From the human T2T-CHM13v2.0 reference genome, Homo sapiens, in the NCBI RefSeq assembly GCF_009914755.1, contig NC_060928.1: a stretch of DNA of 64,000 nt. One strand, written 5' to 3'. The notes under the pieces are model-generated. The model did not search any database and was not told where the DNA came from. It saw only the letters and a program-made list of their open reading frames with translations. Position 1 is the first letter of the stretch. The number at the start of each line of letters is the position of its first letter. This document shows, in pieces, positions 13,498-26,954 of this stretch. The translations under genes and the position numbers were made by a program.

Positions 13498-14422
13498 TTG
13501 GCACTTATAGCACGTAATTATAATGATAATATTTGTTTACCTACACCTTTCTGCAAGTGCCAAAGTGCTGTACAAAAGCAGGCAACTGATTTCTCTCTAT
13601 GCCCATGAGGTTAGTATGTGTATATTATAACTCGCAGGCAGGCGGCCACACAGACTGCACTGAAAGTGGACCTGTGTCTCAGGACTCTGTGTAAAAGCAC
13701 TTCTTACTCTTGAGCACATTTCCAAAACAAATAAAATGGGAAGAACAGGAATACCAAAACTAGATGGCCTCCTAACCTTGGTTCTTATTTGATTTTTTGG
13801 CTTTATGCCTGGGCATATATTTTTTCATCTAGAAATCATTTCTCTAAAATATGTTCTTCATGGTATCTACTCCATCTCCTCTGCTCTACTCCAGTGTGTG
13901 CCGCAACCCCCATTCACACTACTCTCACCTGCCTGTAGAAGAAACACACAAAACACTGAGAATGAAACAAAAACCACTCGCCTTTTCTTGGATCCAGAAA
14001 CAGTCAATACCAGCATTTTTGGCCTCTGCTTCCTAGTTCTGTCTGGCCTCTCCACCTCTAGCTCTGTCTTTGTTATGTCCACTTAGTGGGCTTTGCTTTC
14101 TTTTGTTTAAACACATTCAGTCACTCTGCCTGTATTGTTTTTGTGGCTTGCCGAACTTAAACCTGTCGCTGCTCTTCATTCCAGTCAAAAGGATGAAGAG
14201 GGAGCTTATAAAAGCAAAAACAGATCATTTACATTGAAGATAAGAAAACAGGCAGTATTTCTCTAGCAATTCTGGGAAGCAAGGTGCCAATTCTTTTGGA
14301 TATAAGGTTCTCCCCAAAGGATTAAGGAATAGGAATCCTCCACAAAATCTTATTTGGTCCCCAAGTTATGAAGATTTTTATTTTCTTTTTTTCCTTCTTT
14401 CTTTTCTTCCTCCTCCTCCTCC

Positions 14423-14426
14423 TTTT

Positions 14427-14477
<51 letters not shown>

Positions 14478-14840
14478 AGATGGTGGGATGGGGTTTCATT
14501 CTGCCACTTAGGGTAGAGTGCAGTGACATAATCATAGCTTACTGCAGCCTCAAACTCCTGGGCTCCAGCAATTCTCCCACCTCAGCCTCCTGAGTAGCTG
14601 GGACAACAGACATGCACTACCACCAGCTAATTTTTTATTTTTTATTTTTATTTTTGTAGAGAAAGCATCTTGCTATGTTGCACAGGTCCTAAACTGAGCA
14701 GAGATCAAAGATCTTTGCTATATTGCACAGGTCCAAGACAGGAGGAATGCTTGAGGTCTTAAACTCCTGGCTTCAAGCAATCCTCCTGTCTTGGCCTCCC
14801 AAAATGATGGGATTATAGGTGTGAGACACCATACCCAGCC
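14423..14840 (-). mobile_element. AluJ with (CA)n/poly(A) tail and an internal templated insertion of about 70 bp
   Basis: atcatagcttactgcagcctcaaactcctgggctc is an AluJ diagnostic. The element ends cccagcc, with extra sequence at about 14686-14754. Confidence 0.9.
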
Positions 14841-17699
14841 AATATTGTTCTTTAGCTTAGACTTGAAGAGACACTATAGCCATGTGGAGTGGAATCAATC
14901 TAGGTGGAGACAATTCAGTAACACTGTGGTTTAGAAAGAAGAGGAGTGACATATTTCGAAAAGTATATTAAAAAAGGAAAAGCAAATGCTCTTTTTAGTT
15001 TACATTAGATTGAATTGGGAGAATTTCCTACCTGTGAAAAGCACTCAGTAATTAGTAGTTGTGAGTATGTATGTTTGGCCTTGGCAAAGATGCTCTTCCT
15101 TGGGTGGGAGCTAGAGGCATGCCAGGGAGCAATACATAAGGATTTCCTCATTGGTTAGTTCCCAATTATCCTGTGTTTTTGGTAAATAATCTACAGTAAT
15201 GTCTCCCAAACTTTTCAGCCTGGGGCAAATCTAGAACATTCAGAGAAAGGATAAGAAAAGGAGAAAGGATCCACCTACCTCACAGCAACCTTTTCTCATT
15301 GTAAATATTTGCATGTATGGGCTCAACCACAATACCAGCCTCTCTTCCATGGTGCATATTATTGGTCACAGGCAGCCTTATGAATGTATCAGCTGTTGTA
15401 TCTCTTCTTTCACTGTAATTAAAATACTAATGTGTTTCCTTATCAAAACTGGAAAGCTAAGATCTTTGGACAATGAGTACTGTTACTGAAAAACAAGGTA
15501 ACTTGGGGAAAATATTTCACAAATATTTCATGATGGAAATGTATTGTTTCATGATTCTATAAGAATAGATGCAAATCTCATTATGGAAGCTAAGAAGAGA
15601 AAAATGTTTCCATGGCATACTAATTTAGATAATAATTAATAAGAATGTTGAGTTTTAATCTAATTTTTAATTTAATATATTAATCTATTGGTATAAAACT
15701 TGTGATAGCTGGTCTAAAAGTGAATATCTGGTCCTTGAATTTTCAGGTGTTTGGTTTTTTTTTTTTTTAGTTAATTTTTTTGACTTTTTCCTACTGGTAT
15801 TTTTTTACTTAAATTTGAAATTTACGAATCTCTTGGTCCCCACAGAATTCATTAACTCTATATCTAGAGTAAAATAGAGCCAATTTAGCAGTAGCAGTGT
15901 TTGGTGATTCTCATTTTGGGCACAAATGTCTAATCAACACCTGCAGTCTGGGTATACATTGGTTAGTTTACTCTGCATGCTGCTGAGGAGGGTAACCTAA
16001 CGATGCTTCTGATAGACTAAACATTTGCAAATGATCCCTCCAGTGCCTAAGTTATCCATGCAGTATAAAGCAAGTAGGCCTGGTTTGAAGTACTTTGCCT
16101 TTCTTTATTTATTATGACAAATAGGTTGGTATTATTTAAACACACCAGCAGCTCATGTGTCTTTCATTTAAGATGCTACCTATTTATGTGATTGAGAGAA
16201 AAAGCAGCAGAATGGCACAACTTAAGTTAACTGGCACTTTCTATGCATTTTCAATGTGTTTTTTTTTACATAATGTGAATGATACTTTTCATTTATTTGA
16301 AGAATTTTATAAATTGCTTGTTAAAACATGGATTTATTTATTAATTTGGTATTTTAAAATAATAATAAATTATATAGTACAACAATAGTTTTTTATGCCA
16401 TAAATAAGTAATGCATATTCATAGCTCTTAGTATTACATGTAAGAATCACTTGCAGTGTTAGATAACACATATTGGCTTAAACTATTAAAAATATATACA
16501 TATTCTATCATAAAACAAAATATATTTCATATACTTTGTTCTGAAAAATGAGCTTCAGGATGTGAATAATTAACTCTGAAATTCAGTATATACTCCATAA
16601 CCACACAAATTTATGTATATTCAGTTTCAAATACAGAGTAGATGCCAAATTGTTTTACCAGAAAAGTGAGCAGTGCATTTTTTTTCCAAGAGTAAAGGGC
16701 ACGGTTCAAAATAAAATTTTTCTGGCTGCAACTAGCATTTTTACTTTTCTTCCCAGTGATTGGAATCAGCTCTCCATGGAGCAACAGGAATTGTGTCTGC
16801 TCTTTGCAGATGGGGCTGGAGCAAGCTCAAAGACCAAGTTTCCGAGAGTCAGCCATAGACAAGCAAAAATAAACTGTCTAAACTTTAGATTCTAAATCCA
16901 GACTGGGTAATTCACTGTTTTATAGTAATTAATTTAGAAGAAATATAATTTCGTTGAAGTTAAGATTTTGCAGTGAGCCGGAAATTCTCCCCAGGATCTG
17001 AAGATAAGAGATGATGTGTTTGCATTGCAAGGTCAAAAAAGACTGTCTTTGCTGATGAGAGAAACTCAGCAGATACCTATAATTGATTACTATGCCTGCC
17101 TTATCAACGGCAAGTGCCTGCTGGAATCTGGGCACTTCTTAAACACAGGATTCAGAGTTGCTGTACCATGGCAGTTCTCAGTATTCATGGAGTAACTAAC
17201 TAATTTTAGAGTCGTCACTTGAAGGAAGGGCAAGTGACATGGACAGCTCCCATGCAAAGTTCTAATCACATAGAAAGGTTACGTGCTATGTGATACCCAC
17301 AGGCTGTCTGCCAGACCAGTGGCTTAGAAATTTGCCTATGCTGGCATATACTTTTTCCCACCCCTTTCCTTATCTACCATGCCTGCAACGAGGTCTTGAC
17401 TATATCTAAACCCAGAAACAGTATTAAATTTGCTAGCAAACTTAGTTCAAGGATATAGGGGAAAAAAATCAATTAATGTTGAAAACACATTAAAAAAACA
17501 AACTACGTGAAAAGTGTGTCTAAGTCATTAATAGCTCACGGAATCTCAGTTTTGGTTGACTTAGTACAAGATGCATAAATACATGACAAGGGCATTGGAA
17601 ATAAAGTTGTCAGAGGAATGTCTCTAGACTTCCGGGAGCCGCAGACGGTGGAAGCCTCCATCCAATCCAGGCGGGTGCATCATTTGTTTACATTTGCAA

Positions 17700-18001
17700 G
17701 CCTCTTCTGAGATTGGCCTGGATCTTCCAACAGCAAGATCCCATGTTGCTTCTCCTTTAAAACCCAGCTCAGGCATCCATCATCCCTCCTAGTAACTGTC
17801 TCTGGCCCCCGGCTATAGTGTGAATATCCTTCCCATCATAAGCAGTATGCATCCGTATAGTTAGCCTTCATGTTAGAATTATTCTTGGAGAGTCTCTTTT
17901 CACTGCCACACCTCTCATGGACACCGGATTTGTCCTTGTGTTCTCAAAGCCTAGCACAGTATCTTTTCCTTAGCAGGCATTCACTAATGGGTATTGAGTG
18001 A
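17700..18001 (+). mobile_element. L2 3' end
   Basis: tcctttaaaacccagctcaggcat...gcctagcacagt...tagcaggcattcactaatgggtattgagtga. Confidence 0.65.
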
Positions 18002-18091
18002 CCTGTCATCTCAGACATAGCCACTCTGGATCCCCTACTGGTTACTCACACAGATCTATTCAACTCTTTCCTTCAACCGTTTGGATGGGCT

Positions 18092-18188
18092 TTTGTACAA
18101 CAAACCCCCATGACACAGGTTTACCTATGTAACAAACCTGCACATGTACCCTGAACTTAAAACAAAAGTTAAAAAACAAAGCAAAAAA
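18092..18188 (+). mobile_element. Very short 5'-truncated older L1PA 3' end
   Basis: tgtacaacaaacccccatgacacaggtttacctatgtaacaaacctgcacatgtaccctgaacttaaaa followed by an A-rich tail. Confidence 0.9.
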
Positions 18189-19024
18189 TAGGTGGTTTTG
18201 GCCAACCCCGATCATTCATGCTCAATGGACACCTATAGAGAGATAGGGACTTGAAAGTTTAATACTCATATTTATTTTTTCTACCTTTTTGTTGCTAAAT
18301 TATTATTATACATATTATTTTTGTTATTGTCATTAGCTACTCAGTGGTTGCCTACATTTTTAACCCTATAATATCCTCATCCCCCAAATCTTCTTAAATT
18401 TGTTTCAGTAATAACAGCACTAAGTAGTTAGGGTTTCTTATGCATCTCTATATTGATATGATGATTTTTGACCTTCCCTATTTCCACAGGAAGGACACTA
18501 GCTTAACCGAGCTCATCAGGGAAACTTTCTGCAGTAAGAAAAATTTCACCACTCTGTCATCTATAGATCTCCTCTTACACAATTGTATGGCATAAAGATT
18601 ATATCTTATTTTGGTCATTTTAAAAGTTGTATTTATAATCTATCCCATTGCAGAGAGGCATTGATTTTTTAAAGAAAAAAATGTCTAAAGGTACAGAAAA
18701 TTAGAATAATTACCAGTAAATGGTCCACACAAAGTGAAATATACCAAGGCAAACACGTATTTACTATATCCTCATACCTATATTGTTTTTAATGTAGTTG
18801 TGGGTTGTGACCCAGTAGTGGGTTGTAAAATCAGTTCACTAAGTTAAAACCAGTATTTTTTAAAAATCATATTGAATGCAGCAGAAAATATCAGAGTTTA
18901 TAACATATAGTAAGAATAAATATTACTTTCTAAAACTTTTTCCGTGTGTGTTTAAATGCATATGTGTAATGTACATTTTTATGGTGGATCATGATAAAAT
19001 GAATATAAATGAAATGCAGCAATA

Positions 19025-20715
19025 TAAGTGTATTCCTAATATGGAACTGGTGATTCACAGGGTGTGAGCCTACAGAGTTTCTTAGATAAGACCAAATTGT
19101 TTTCCAAATTTGTTTTTAAAAAATTAATGTATCCATGAGTGGTTTACAAGTTTCCATTATGCCACATCTTCAGCAGCAGTTGTTATGGAAGACTTTCAAA
19201 TTTTTGTCTAATATGGTGAATAAAAAATGGCATGTCATGTGATTTTAACATACATAGCTCGACTACCAATGATGTTTGTCTAGTATTTAAGGGCATTATG
19301 GGTTCTTCTTTTGAGAAGTACCTTTTCATATTATTTCTCCATTTTCCTTTTTGAGTTTTTTTTTTTTTTTGCTTTTGTAAGTCATATATATATATATTCT
19401 ATGGTTATGTGTTTTTATATTAAGGTATATTTTTCCAAACTATAGATAAGCTTTTCACTTTATTTCTGCTACATTTTGTTTAACAGAGTTGTTAATTTTC
19501 ATGTAGTCAGATTGGTCACTTCTTTCCTTTATTGGTTGGCGAATTTTGGTTTATATTGAAGAATTCTTTCCCTACCCTAAGTCATAAAGCCATCATTACA
19601 CAGTTTCTCCTATTTTATTTTTGTAGTTTTTGCCATTTAGAGTTAAGTCTTCATTTCACCTGAAATTGATTTTGGTGTATGGTGTGAGGTAAGGATCCAG
19701 TTTCACGTTTTCTAAAGAGGTAGTCAATTGTCCAAGCATCTTTTATGAAACAATTTATCATTTCCTCTTTGATCCATAATCAGTAATCTCATGCCACTCC
19801 ATACTTGTTAGTGTGTTTTGGGACTTTTGATCTAGTTTATTATTTTTGAACTCTTATCACATCATTTTAATTGCTATAATTTCCCTCGTTTTGAATAAGT
19901 CTTGATGTCTCATGTACACTTTGTTTTTCTTCAAAAATGTCTCAGATATTTTTGGGCCTTTGCTCTTCTATGAATTTTAAAGGAAGCTTACCAAGTTTCA
20001 AAAAAGGTTGCTAAAGACGTTTATTAAAGGAATCTCTAAATATTGTATATATTGTTGCTATTTTAAGTGTTATTTAAAAATTGTGTAATTTGTTTGCTGT
20101 TAGACTATAGAAACATATATTACTTTTATATTTGTATTTATTCCTATGCCCAGCCACTTTGTTATGCCTTCTTATCTGTGCTCATGTTTTGTCTAGCAGA
20201 TATTTAAGTTTTAGGGGTTAACAATTATTCCATGAAACTCTATTTCTTTTTTTCTAATCCATATATTTATTTTTGCTTCTTGACTTATTGCCCTGAGTAT
20301 AATATTTAGTGCAAGCAGCTTTATTGCAGCCTTGACTTTAATAAGAATGCATTTAAACATTTTACAATTAAATACAATATTTGCTGTAGGGTTTTTATAG
20401 ATATCCTTTATCATCTTTAGTAGGGACTCTTCCACTTTTAGCTTTTTAAGCTGGTTTAATCATGAATAGATATTGAATCTTATTGACTATCTTCTGCATT
20501 TATTGACATAATCATATATTTTCCCACGTTTAATCTATTTATATGGAATATAATATATTTTCCATATGTAAATATATTAATATATTTTTATATTTCTGTC
20601 TTTCTGGGATAAAACTAACTTGAGCATGATGTATTTTTTATTGTTGTAATAGTTTTGTTAATATTTTTCATTTAAAATGTTTACATTTATATTCAAGAGT
20701 GAGATTGTAATTTTA
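19025..20715 (-). mobile_element. Ancient L1M (L1ME-like) ORF2 fragment
   Basis: ORF 20211-20435 (KDIYKNPTANIVFN) is ORF2p RT-like. gatttttggtgtatggtgtgaggtaaggatccagtttca is typical antisense L1. Confidence 0.85.
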
Positions 20716-20834
20716 AGTGAAATCATCATAAACATTGATACCTGTATTGAGCTCATATTTTTTGAAGTACCATTTTAAGTGTGCTTACACTGAATATTCA
20801 TTTGTTTCAGAAACGTATCAGCATTTGTATAATA

Positions 20835-21045
20835 ATACAGTTGTTAAAACATAGACAGCTTGATTTTGAATTCTTCACTTACTGATTCTACCACTTACTG
20901 ATTCTATGTACTTTCTTTCTCTTAGCCTCAATTACCTTATCTGAAATATGGACTTAATAATTGTGCCTACTTTATGGGAATATTTTATCATTCATATGAA
21001 GAGCTAACACAGTACTTGGAATATAGTTCACATTAAATAATGACT
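20835..21045 (+). mobile_element. MIR
   Basis: ctcttagcctcaattaccttatctgaaatatgga...aataattgtgcctac matches the MIR core. Confidence 0.65.
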
Positions 21046-21614
21046 ACTTCTGTTATTTTAATTTTATTAAAGAAAATTATATTTTAATCATGTCAACAAA
21101 TATTTTTATTTATAACTTAAATTTGTTAAACTTTGCTGTTCCTAATCCTTAACGGATCTGTTATTTTAAAGGGGACATTTAGAGTATTACTACTTCTAAA
21201 TTGCCATTCACAGAGATTTTCATTTTCCGCATTATGGAACAAAAGACAGTTGGGGTTTTTGTTTGTTAGTTTGTTTTTAATACTATTCATCCGAACTTCC
21301 AGTCCTCCCCTTGAGAATATAATGATATCACTTGCTGAGGTCAAGAAGAGGTGGAGCTGTCCACCAATAGAAGCTACATGGGGACAGCACGATAGAACTC
21401 TGAGGGGCCTTTGAAGAAAGTGTCACCCCTGTGAACAATAGTCCACCCAGTGCACATTGGATTTATCTAGCTTTCCTTCCTCAAAAAGGAAGGATATTCT
21501 GCAATCAACTATAGCAACTCTTTCCACTTTATAACACTTTCTTAACATTACTTAATTTAAAAACACTGTCCTTACAGAGAGGCTTACACTTTAGGTATAC
21601 AGTAAAAGTATATA

Positions 21615-21825
21615 CAGAGCAGTAGGATTAGAGAATGAAAGTTCGATAGCTAGACAGCATGGGTTCAAATCACAGTCTACTGCATTAGGTTAGTGATTGA
21701 ACCGAGGCCTTAATTTTCTCTTCTGGACAGAGGATAATGGTTGTTGTTTAGAAGAATAAATGAAATAATGTGCTGAGAATGCTAATCTATAGCCAGCACT
21801 ATGTGTGTTACTAAAATTATTATCT
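21615..21825 (+). mobile_element. MIR
   Basis: gctagacagcatgggttcaaatc...ggttgttgtttagaagaataaatgaaataatg. Confidence 0.65.
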
Positions 21826-23259
21826 TTATGCTATACTAGAAAAGGCTGTCTTTGGTTTAACTTTTGGATATTACCTAACAATATGTTTTGAACATGCCTC
21901 AAATGCTCTACTTAATAGATATTTTTTCTTTAGTCAATTCAAATCTTTTGAAATGTTTTAATCCACATATTATTGTTTAGTCTTAGGAAAGATACATATT
22001 ATGCCTAAAGATCAAATTATTGGGCCATTATATATAGCACTCTGATCTCCAAATGAAGCACTCTAAGCATTTTTAAATTTATTTTCCCTTATAATAATCA
22101 CAACTTTTTTCAGAAAAGATGATTTTTATGTAATGATTATACCACAATTTTCTTTCGTAGAATCCATAAAATATCCCTAATATTTTCAATGTGATAAATA
22201 CCTGCCAATTTAGAAATTTACACTCACAGTATCCAAATGAGTTATATTGTATCTTGCTAGAAGCAATGTATCTGTATCAGTGTCAAAATACTATGGACAA
22301 CACAGTCATTATTCCAAGTCAAATTTTTATCCTTAAGCCCAAATATAAATATATTTTCAAATAAATGCACTGCTTCAATCCCCAGTAAATATATTTTTAG
22401 GGGAAATGAAAGTCAGTTCAATAATACCCATGGGCACCTAATACCCTTGCATAATCATTCTGACTTGGTTGAGAAGAGTTGTTGTATGGACATTACCTAC
22501 CTTATAGGAATGCTGTGAGGATTAGAGAAATATCTGAAAAATGATTTGAGCTTCTTCAGGAAAGATGGTATTAATATGAGATGGTATTTTTATTTCAATG
22601 AGCAGGGGATTGAAAGAGGATTATTTCCTGAAGTGGAAGGGAGGCCTGGTGGTGAAGAAATCAAATGCTCCACCTTAAATAAGATGGATTACAGTGATAT
22701 CCAAGGGACACTCAGCTGGTTCAAACCTTAGTTGCAAGAAAGAGGAAGCAGCCTCTAATCCTCCAGCCAGTCAGCCTTGGTTTGCCTAAATAGATCCATT
22801 CTAGAGGAAAGTAGGTAGCGATGGAAAATGTTTGGGGTCAAGACAGTCGATAGCTATTGAGCTCATATAGTTTATTCTCTCCATGTCACTCCAGATGTGA
22901 TGCATTATAATTTATGTAAAACTGGGAGGGAAGAGCACAGTAAACCATATGATTAAGCTAGATATGTTTAAAGCAAATGTCAACAGGTAGGAACTATGCA
23001 TCTGCACTACCACATCTCTGGATATAGGTACACAGACAATTAATCTGGGCGTAAAAACCCAACAGAAACTGGTTGATTTTAGAGCAAATCTAGTCCCCCA
23101 TCCCCTCCACCATCATGAAGTTACACAAATCAGCACTGCTTGGTTCTTATTCTGGGTAGTTAAGCATATAATAAAAGAGTAGACTTCTACCTTCTTAATT
23201 GATTTTTTATTTGTTTGTTGTATTAGTCAGAGTTCTCCAATGAAACCAAACAAATAGGA

Positions 23260-23338
23260 TATATATATACACACACACACACACATACATATATATACAT
23301 ATACATATATATATTATATATGTGTCTGTGTGTGTGTG

Positions 23339-23400
<62 letters not shown>

Positions 23401-23403
23401 CAC
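23260..23403. repeat. Compound (TA)n/(CA)n/(TG)n microsatellite inside MLT2
   Basis: Read directly from the sequence. Confidence 0.95.
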
Positions 23404-23649
23404 GGCCAGGGGGAGACACAGAGAGATAGAGATTGATTTGAGAGATTTATTATGGGAATAGGTTCCATGTGATTATGGGGTCTGAGAAGTCCCACCATAC
23501 GCCATCTGCAAACTGAAGAACAAGGGAAGCCAGTGGTGTAATTTAGTTCGGGGTTGGGAACTGGGGTAGGGGGTCAAAAGGCCCAAGAATTGGGAACTCT
23601 GATGTCCCAAGACAAGAGAGACGAACGACCCTGCTCAAGGAGAGAGAGA

Positions 23650-23912
23650 GCTCATGCCTGTAATCCCAGCACTTTGGGAGGCCAAGGCAGGTGGATCACT
23701 TGAGGTCAGGAGTTCGAGACTAGCCTGGCCAACATGGTGAAACCCCGTCTCTACTAAAAATACAAAAATTAGCTGAGTATGGTAGCTGGCACCTGTAATC
23801 CCAGCTACTTGGGAGGCTGAGGTATGAGGATCGCTTGAACCTGGGAGGTGGAGGTTGCAGTGAGCCAAGACCATTGCACTCCAGCCTGGGCAACAAGAGC
23901 AAAGCTCAATCT

Positions 23913-23945
<33 letters not shown>
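23650..23945 (+). mobile_element. AluS (Sq/Sx-like), slightly 5'-truncated
   Basis: Starts gctcatgcctgtaatccc; contains gggcaacaagagc; has a long A tail; flanked by agagagaga on both sides. Confidence 0.95.
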
Positions 23946-23946
<1 letters not shown>

Positions 23947-24720
23947 GGGGAAGAGAGAGAAAGAATTTTACTTCCTCAGCCTTTTTGTTCTGTTTAGACC
24001 CTCCGCGGATGGGGCCATGCCCATCACATTGGTGAGGGGGAGTTTTCTTTACTCCTCTACTGATTCAAAGGCTAACCTCTTCCAGAAACGCCCTCACAGA
24101 GCACCTATGTGGGCATCCAGCAGCCCAGTCAGTGTGACACATAAGATTCACTGTCACAGTTGTTTTTCTCAGCAATCACAATCCTTGTCATTTCATCGCT
24201 TTATTATATTTAATCATTGTTGGTTTTGCTGCAGAATATATTGTGATTTTTAATATCACTACTACAAAAGACACAGAATATAGTCATGTGGATGATATTT
24301 ATTCATAATTCATGATTCAAAGTGCAGTCTATATTGGAAAGTGAAGTAAAACCAATCTAGTTTGCATCAGGTACAACTATGAGATGGCTCTTAAAAAATA
24401 ATTGAAAATTGATGTTAGCAGTTAATAGCAGACAAACTCCCAAAATCTTTATTCAGTGAAAGATGAGAATTGTAAAACCTTCAGAAAAATCTGAACTTCC
24501 TAAAATTGAATGGGGGAAATACTATAGGTAAGGCATAAGTTAGAAAGCTTTGGCTCTGTGGAAGATTCAGAGCTGGCTGTGTGATGTTGGAAATTCACTT
24601 AAACTGTCTGAACTTCTGTCATTGTCTTAGGGTGAGACCTGAACCCCAGTATTTTTTTTTTAAATATCCATAGTTAATTCCAATATGTAGGCAGGGAGAA
24701 TAACCAGGATCGGTACAGGC

Positions 24721-24859
24721 CAGTCCTTCTCAAATTTCAATGTGAGTACAAAGCACTTGGGAATCTTGCTGGGCTGGTGCCTGAGATTTTCTGTGTGTAA
24801 CGAGATCCCGGGTACTGCTGCTGCCACTGGCCTGTGGCCCACACTTTGAGTAGCAAAGA
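24721..24859. mobile_element. MER5A hAT-Charlie MITE (internally deleted)
   Basis: cagtccttctcaaattt...ctgctgctgccactggcctgtggcccacactttgagtagcaa. Confidence 0.75.
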
Positions 24860-26954
24860 CACAGGTGATAGTTTGGAGGGTGGCTAACGCTTATAGGCGA
24901 AAGCTATTCATTCATTCAGGCTACTCTTCATCTTCAGTACACTCCTTACCTGGAATCCAGCATCTCTCTCTTCTAGAAAGATCAGAGCTATTTCTAGTGG
25001 AGCCAGCTGTTCTATTTTAGGTTTCCACCAGAAAGACTCAGGAATAATAAATTTGCACACCTTTGGTTGGTATCTGTTGTGAGCATTTACGAAAAAAAAA
25101 TGTAAGGAGTTGCCATAAATCTATTATATTTCTATTTCTAAAATATCACCGTATAAATTTTTTTAAGCAACACATTCTCACAGTTTTCTCCTCAGGTACT
25201 TAACACTTAATATCAAATCAAAATGTACTGTTACACTTCATCTTTCCCTTGAAGTTTAAAACATTCCTGTAGCACAAAAGCATTAACAAAAGGATGGATT
25301 CTAATGTATTTCCAATGGAATATTAAAATTAGTCATTTGTTTCCTTTCTTAATGACTTCTGTAAGTATGTATTATTTATAGAAAATTTGTAAGATGTTAG
25401 ATAAGTGAAATTCTATCTTATTATGATGAATCGTTGATTAAACCTCCACATTATTTTTACAGGAAGTCAAAGCAAATAAATGTAGCACAATTTTTTCTAT
25501 TTCTACTCTATTTTTCTTTACAATTGAACGAGTAAGTTTAAAAGCACATGCCAGAATTGCCCCCAAAATATGTTGTAATTCCATTTCAATGTGACAGTGT
25601 ATTTCAGAAGAAACAGTTTCTCAGGTGATCTGGGATAGGTTACAATGTTAATCTCACAGCTGTCTCTGTAACTCTCAGTACTCATAAATCATGTGGTCTG
25701 TAATAAGAGAAGTAAGTTTGAGAGGTTAGAAATCTTAAGAAAATTGTGACGGGGTGATAGATGATATGAAATGACTACATTCTAAAGATGTTATATAAAG
25801 GGGAATGTGTTGCATTTGAGATAAGTGCCTCCTGGATTTTTTTTTAGGCAGAAGAATATTAGCAATGGAATACATGGCATTCTTCAGCAACATTACTTGA
25901 TAAATTTTAAGCATTTCTATATCAAAGAGTTTTATACATAATCAAGCTTCATCTGCATTTTCAGGAAGTCTTACTGGCCATTCTGATTATTTTGGAGGTT
26001 TCTGAAGATATCTTGTGTTCTTAAGTGTACCTTGTGGAGTTGTTGAAAATATTCAGTTTCTTTTCTAAGTCTAAATTCATTAAACAATCTGAAAAGCATT
26101 TCACATACAGTGTAGGAAACAGAAACCGTGAAAAAATAACCATGGGACTAGACTCTTTTTTATTCCTGTGCTGGACTGTGAGGGCATTAGAATTTATCAC
26201 AGTGAGCAAATAAACTTTGAATACCATTATCTAAAAACAAAGAAGTTGAGGTCTTTATAAATGCTTGTAGACAGAGCACTGTAGCATTATTTCAGTTTTT
26301 GCACTATTTCAACTTTTGCATTATTTTAATTTTTTAAATGGCTAATTTAAATTTAAGTAGAAAATAGTCTAATTCTTTAAATAATATGTAATAATTTTGA
26401 CTCGGTTAATAGCCCAGCACTTTTCCACATCACTATGAAGAGAATATCTTTTTACTCTCGGTATTGTATCTCCATTTCCTCTGAACAACCTGTAGATAGA
26501 TAAGGAGAGTAAGCATAGAACTAGGAAAGAATTCTCTGAGGAATTCATGTTATGAATATATTTTTATTTATGCTCAATATTTTACTTTATGATATAATAA
26601 AGCACTTGTATATTGCTAATGGTTTAATCAATCTTTATGTTCTTTTGAAATGCCTGCATATATCAGTAACATTTACCAGTGATTTTTAAAAAATTCATAT
26701 CACTCTGAGTTGTCAAACCTAAGTTCTATAACAAATATACATGCTTAAAACATATTGTATTCAGAATGACCTTTTCTCATTTTGCTTGAATCCTTAAAAT
26801 AATTGTTTTTGATTGCTATTAAAAATATATAAGCACACTGTCTTTCCATAACAGGAAACATATATCAAATTCTATATATTTTTATGATCGTGATGTATTT
26901 GAATGTATGTACTAAGCGATTATGCTCTAATGATTGGCTGCTTTTTACTTTTCA

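Larger units (their letters stand above)
23219..24158 (-). mobile_element. ERVL solo LTR MLT2, with internal (TA)/(CA) microsatellite and an Alu insertion
   Basis: tgtattagtcagagttctcc is the reverse complement of the MLT2 3' end; the other end is gtgacacataagattcactgtcaca. TSD tttgt/gttgt matches 4 of 5. Confidence 0.85.

Noticed and set aside
20876-20906. Short tandem duplications (cacttactgattcta twice; similar ones near 45550, 47433 and 54794)
   Set aside because: Ordinary slippage duplications with only two to three units and no spacers; not CRISPR-like arrays.
23635-24035. Alu-derived ORFs (also at 12469, 40971, 44689, 52993, 53534, 54039)
   Set aside because: Standard Alu reading frames such as [13 protein letters not shown]; no sign of coding function.
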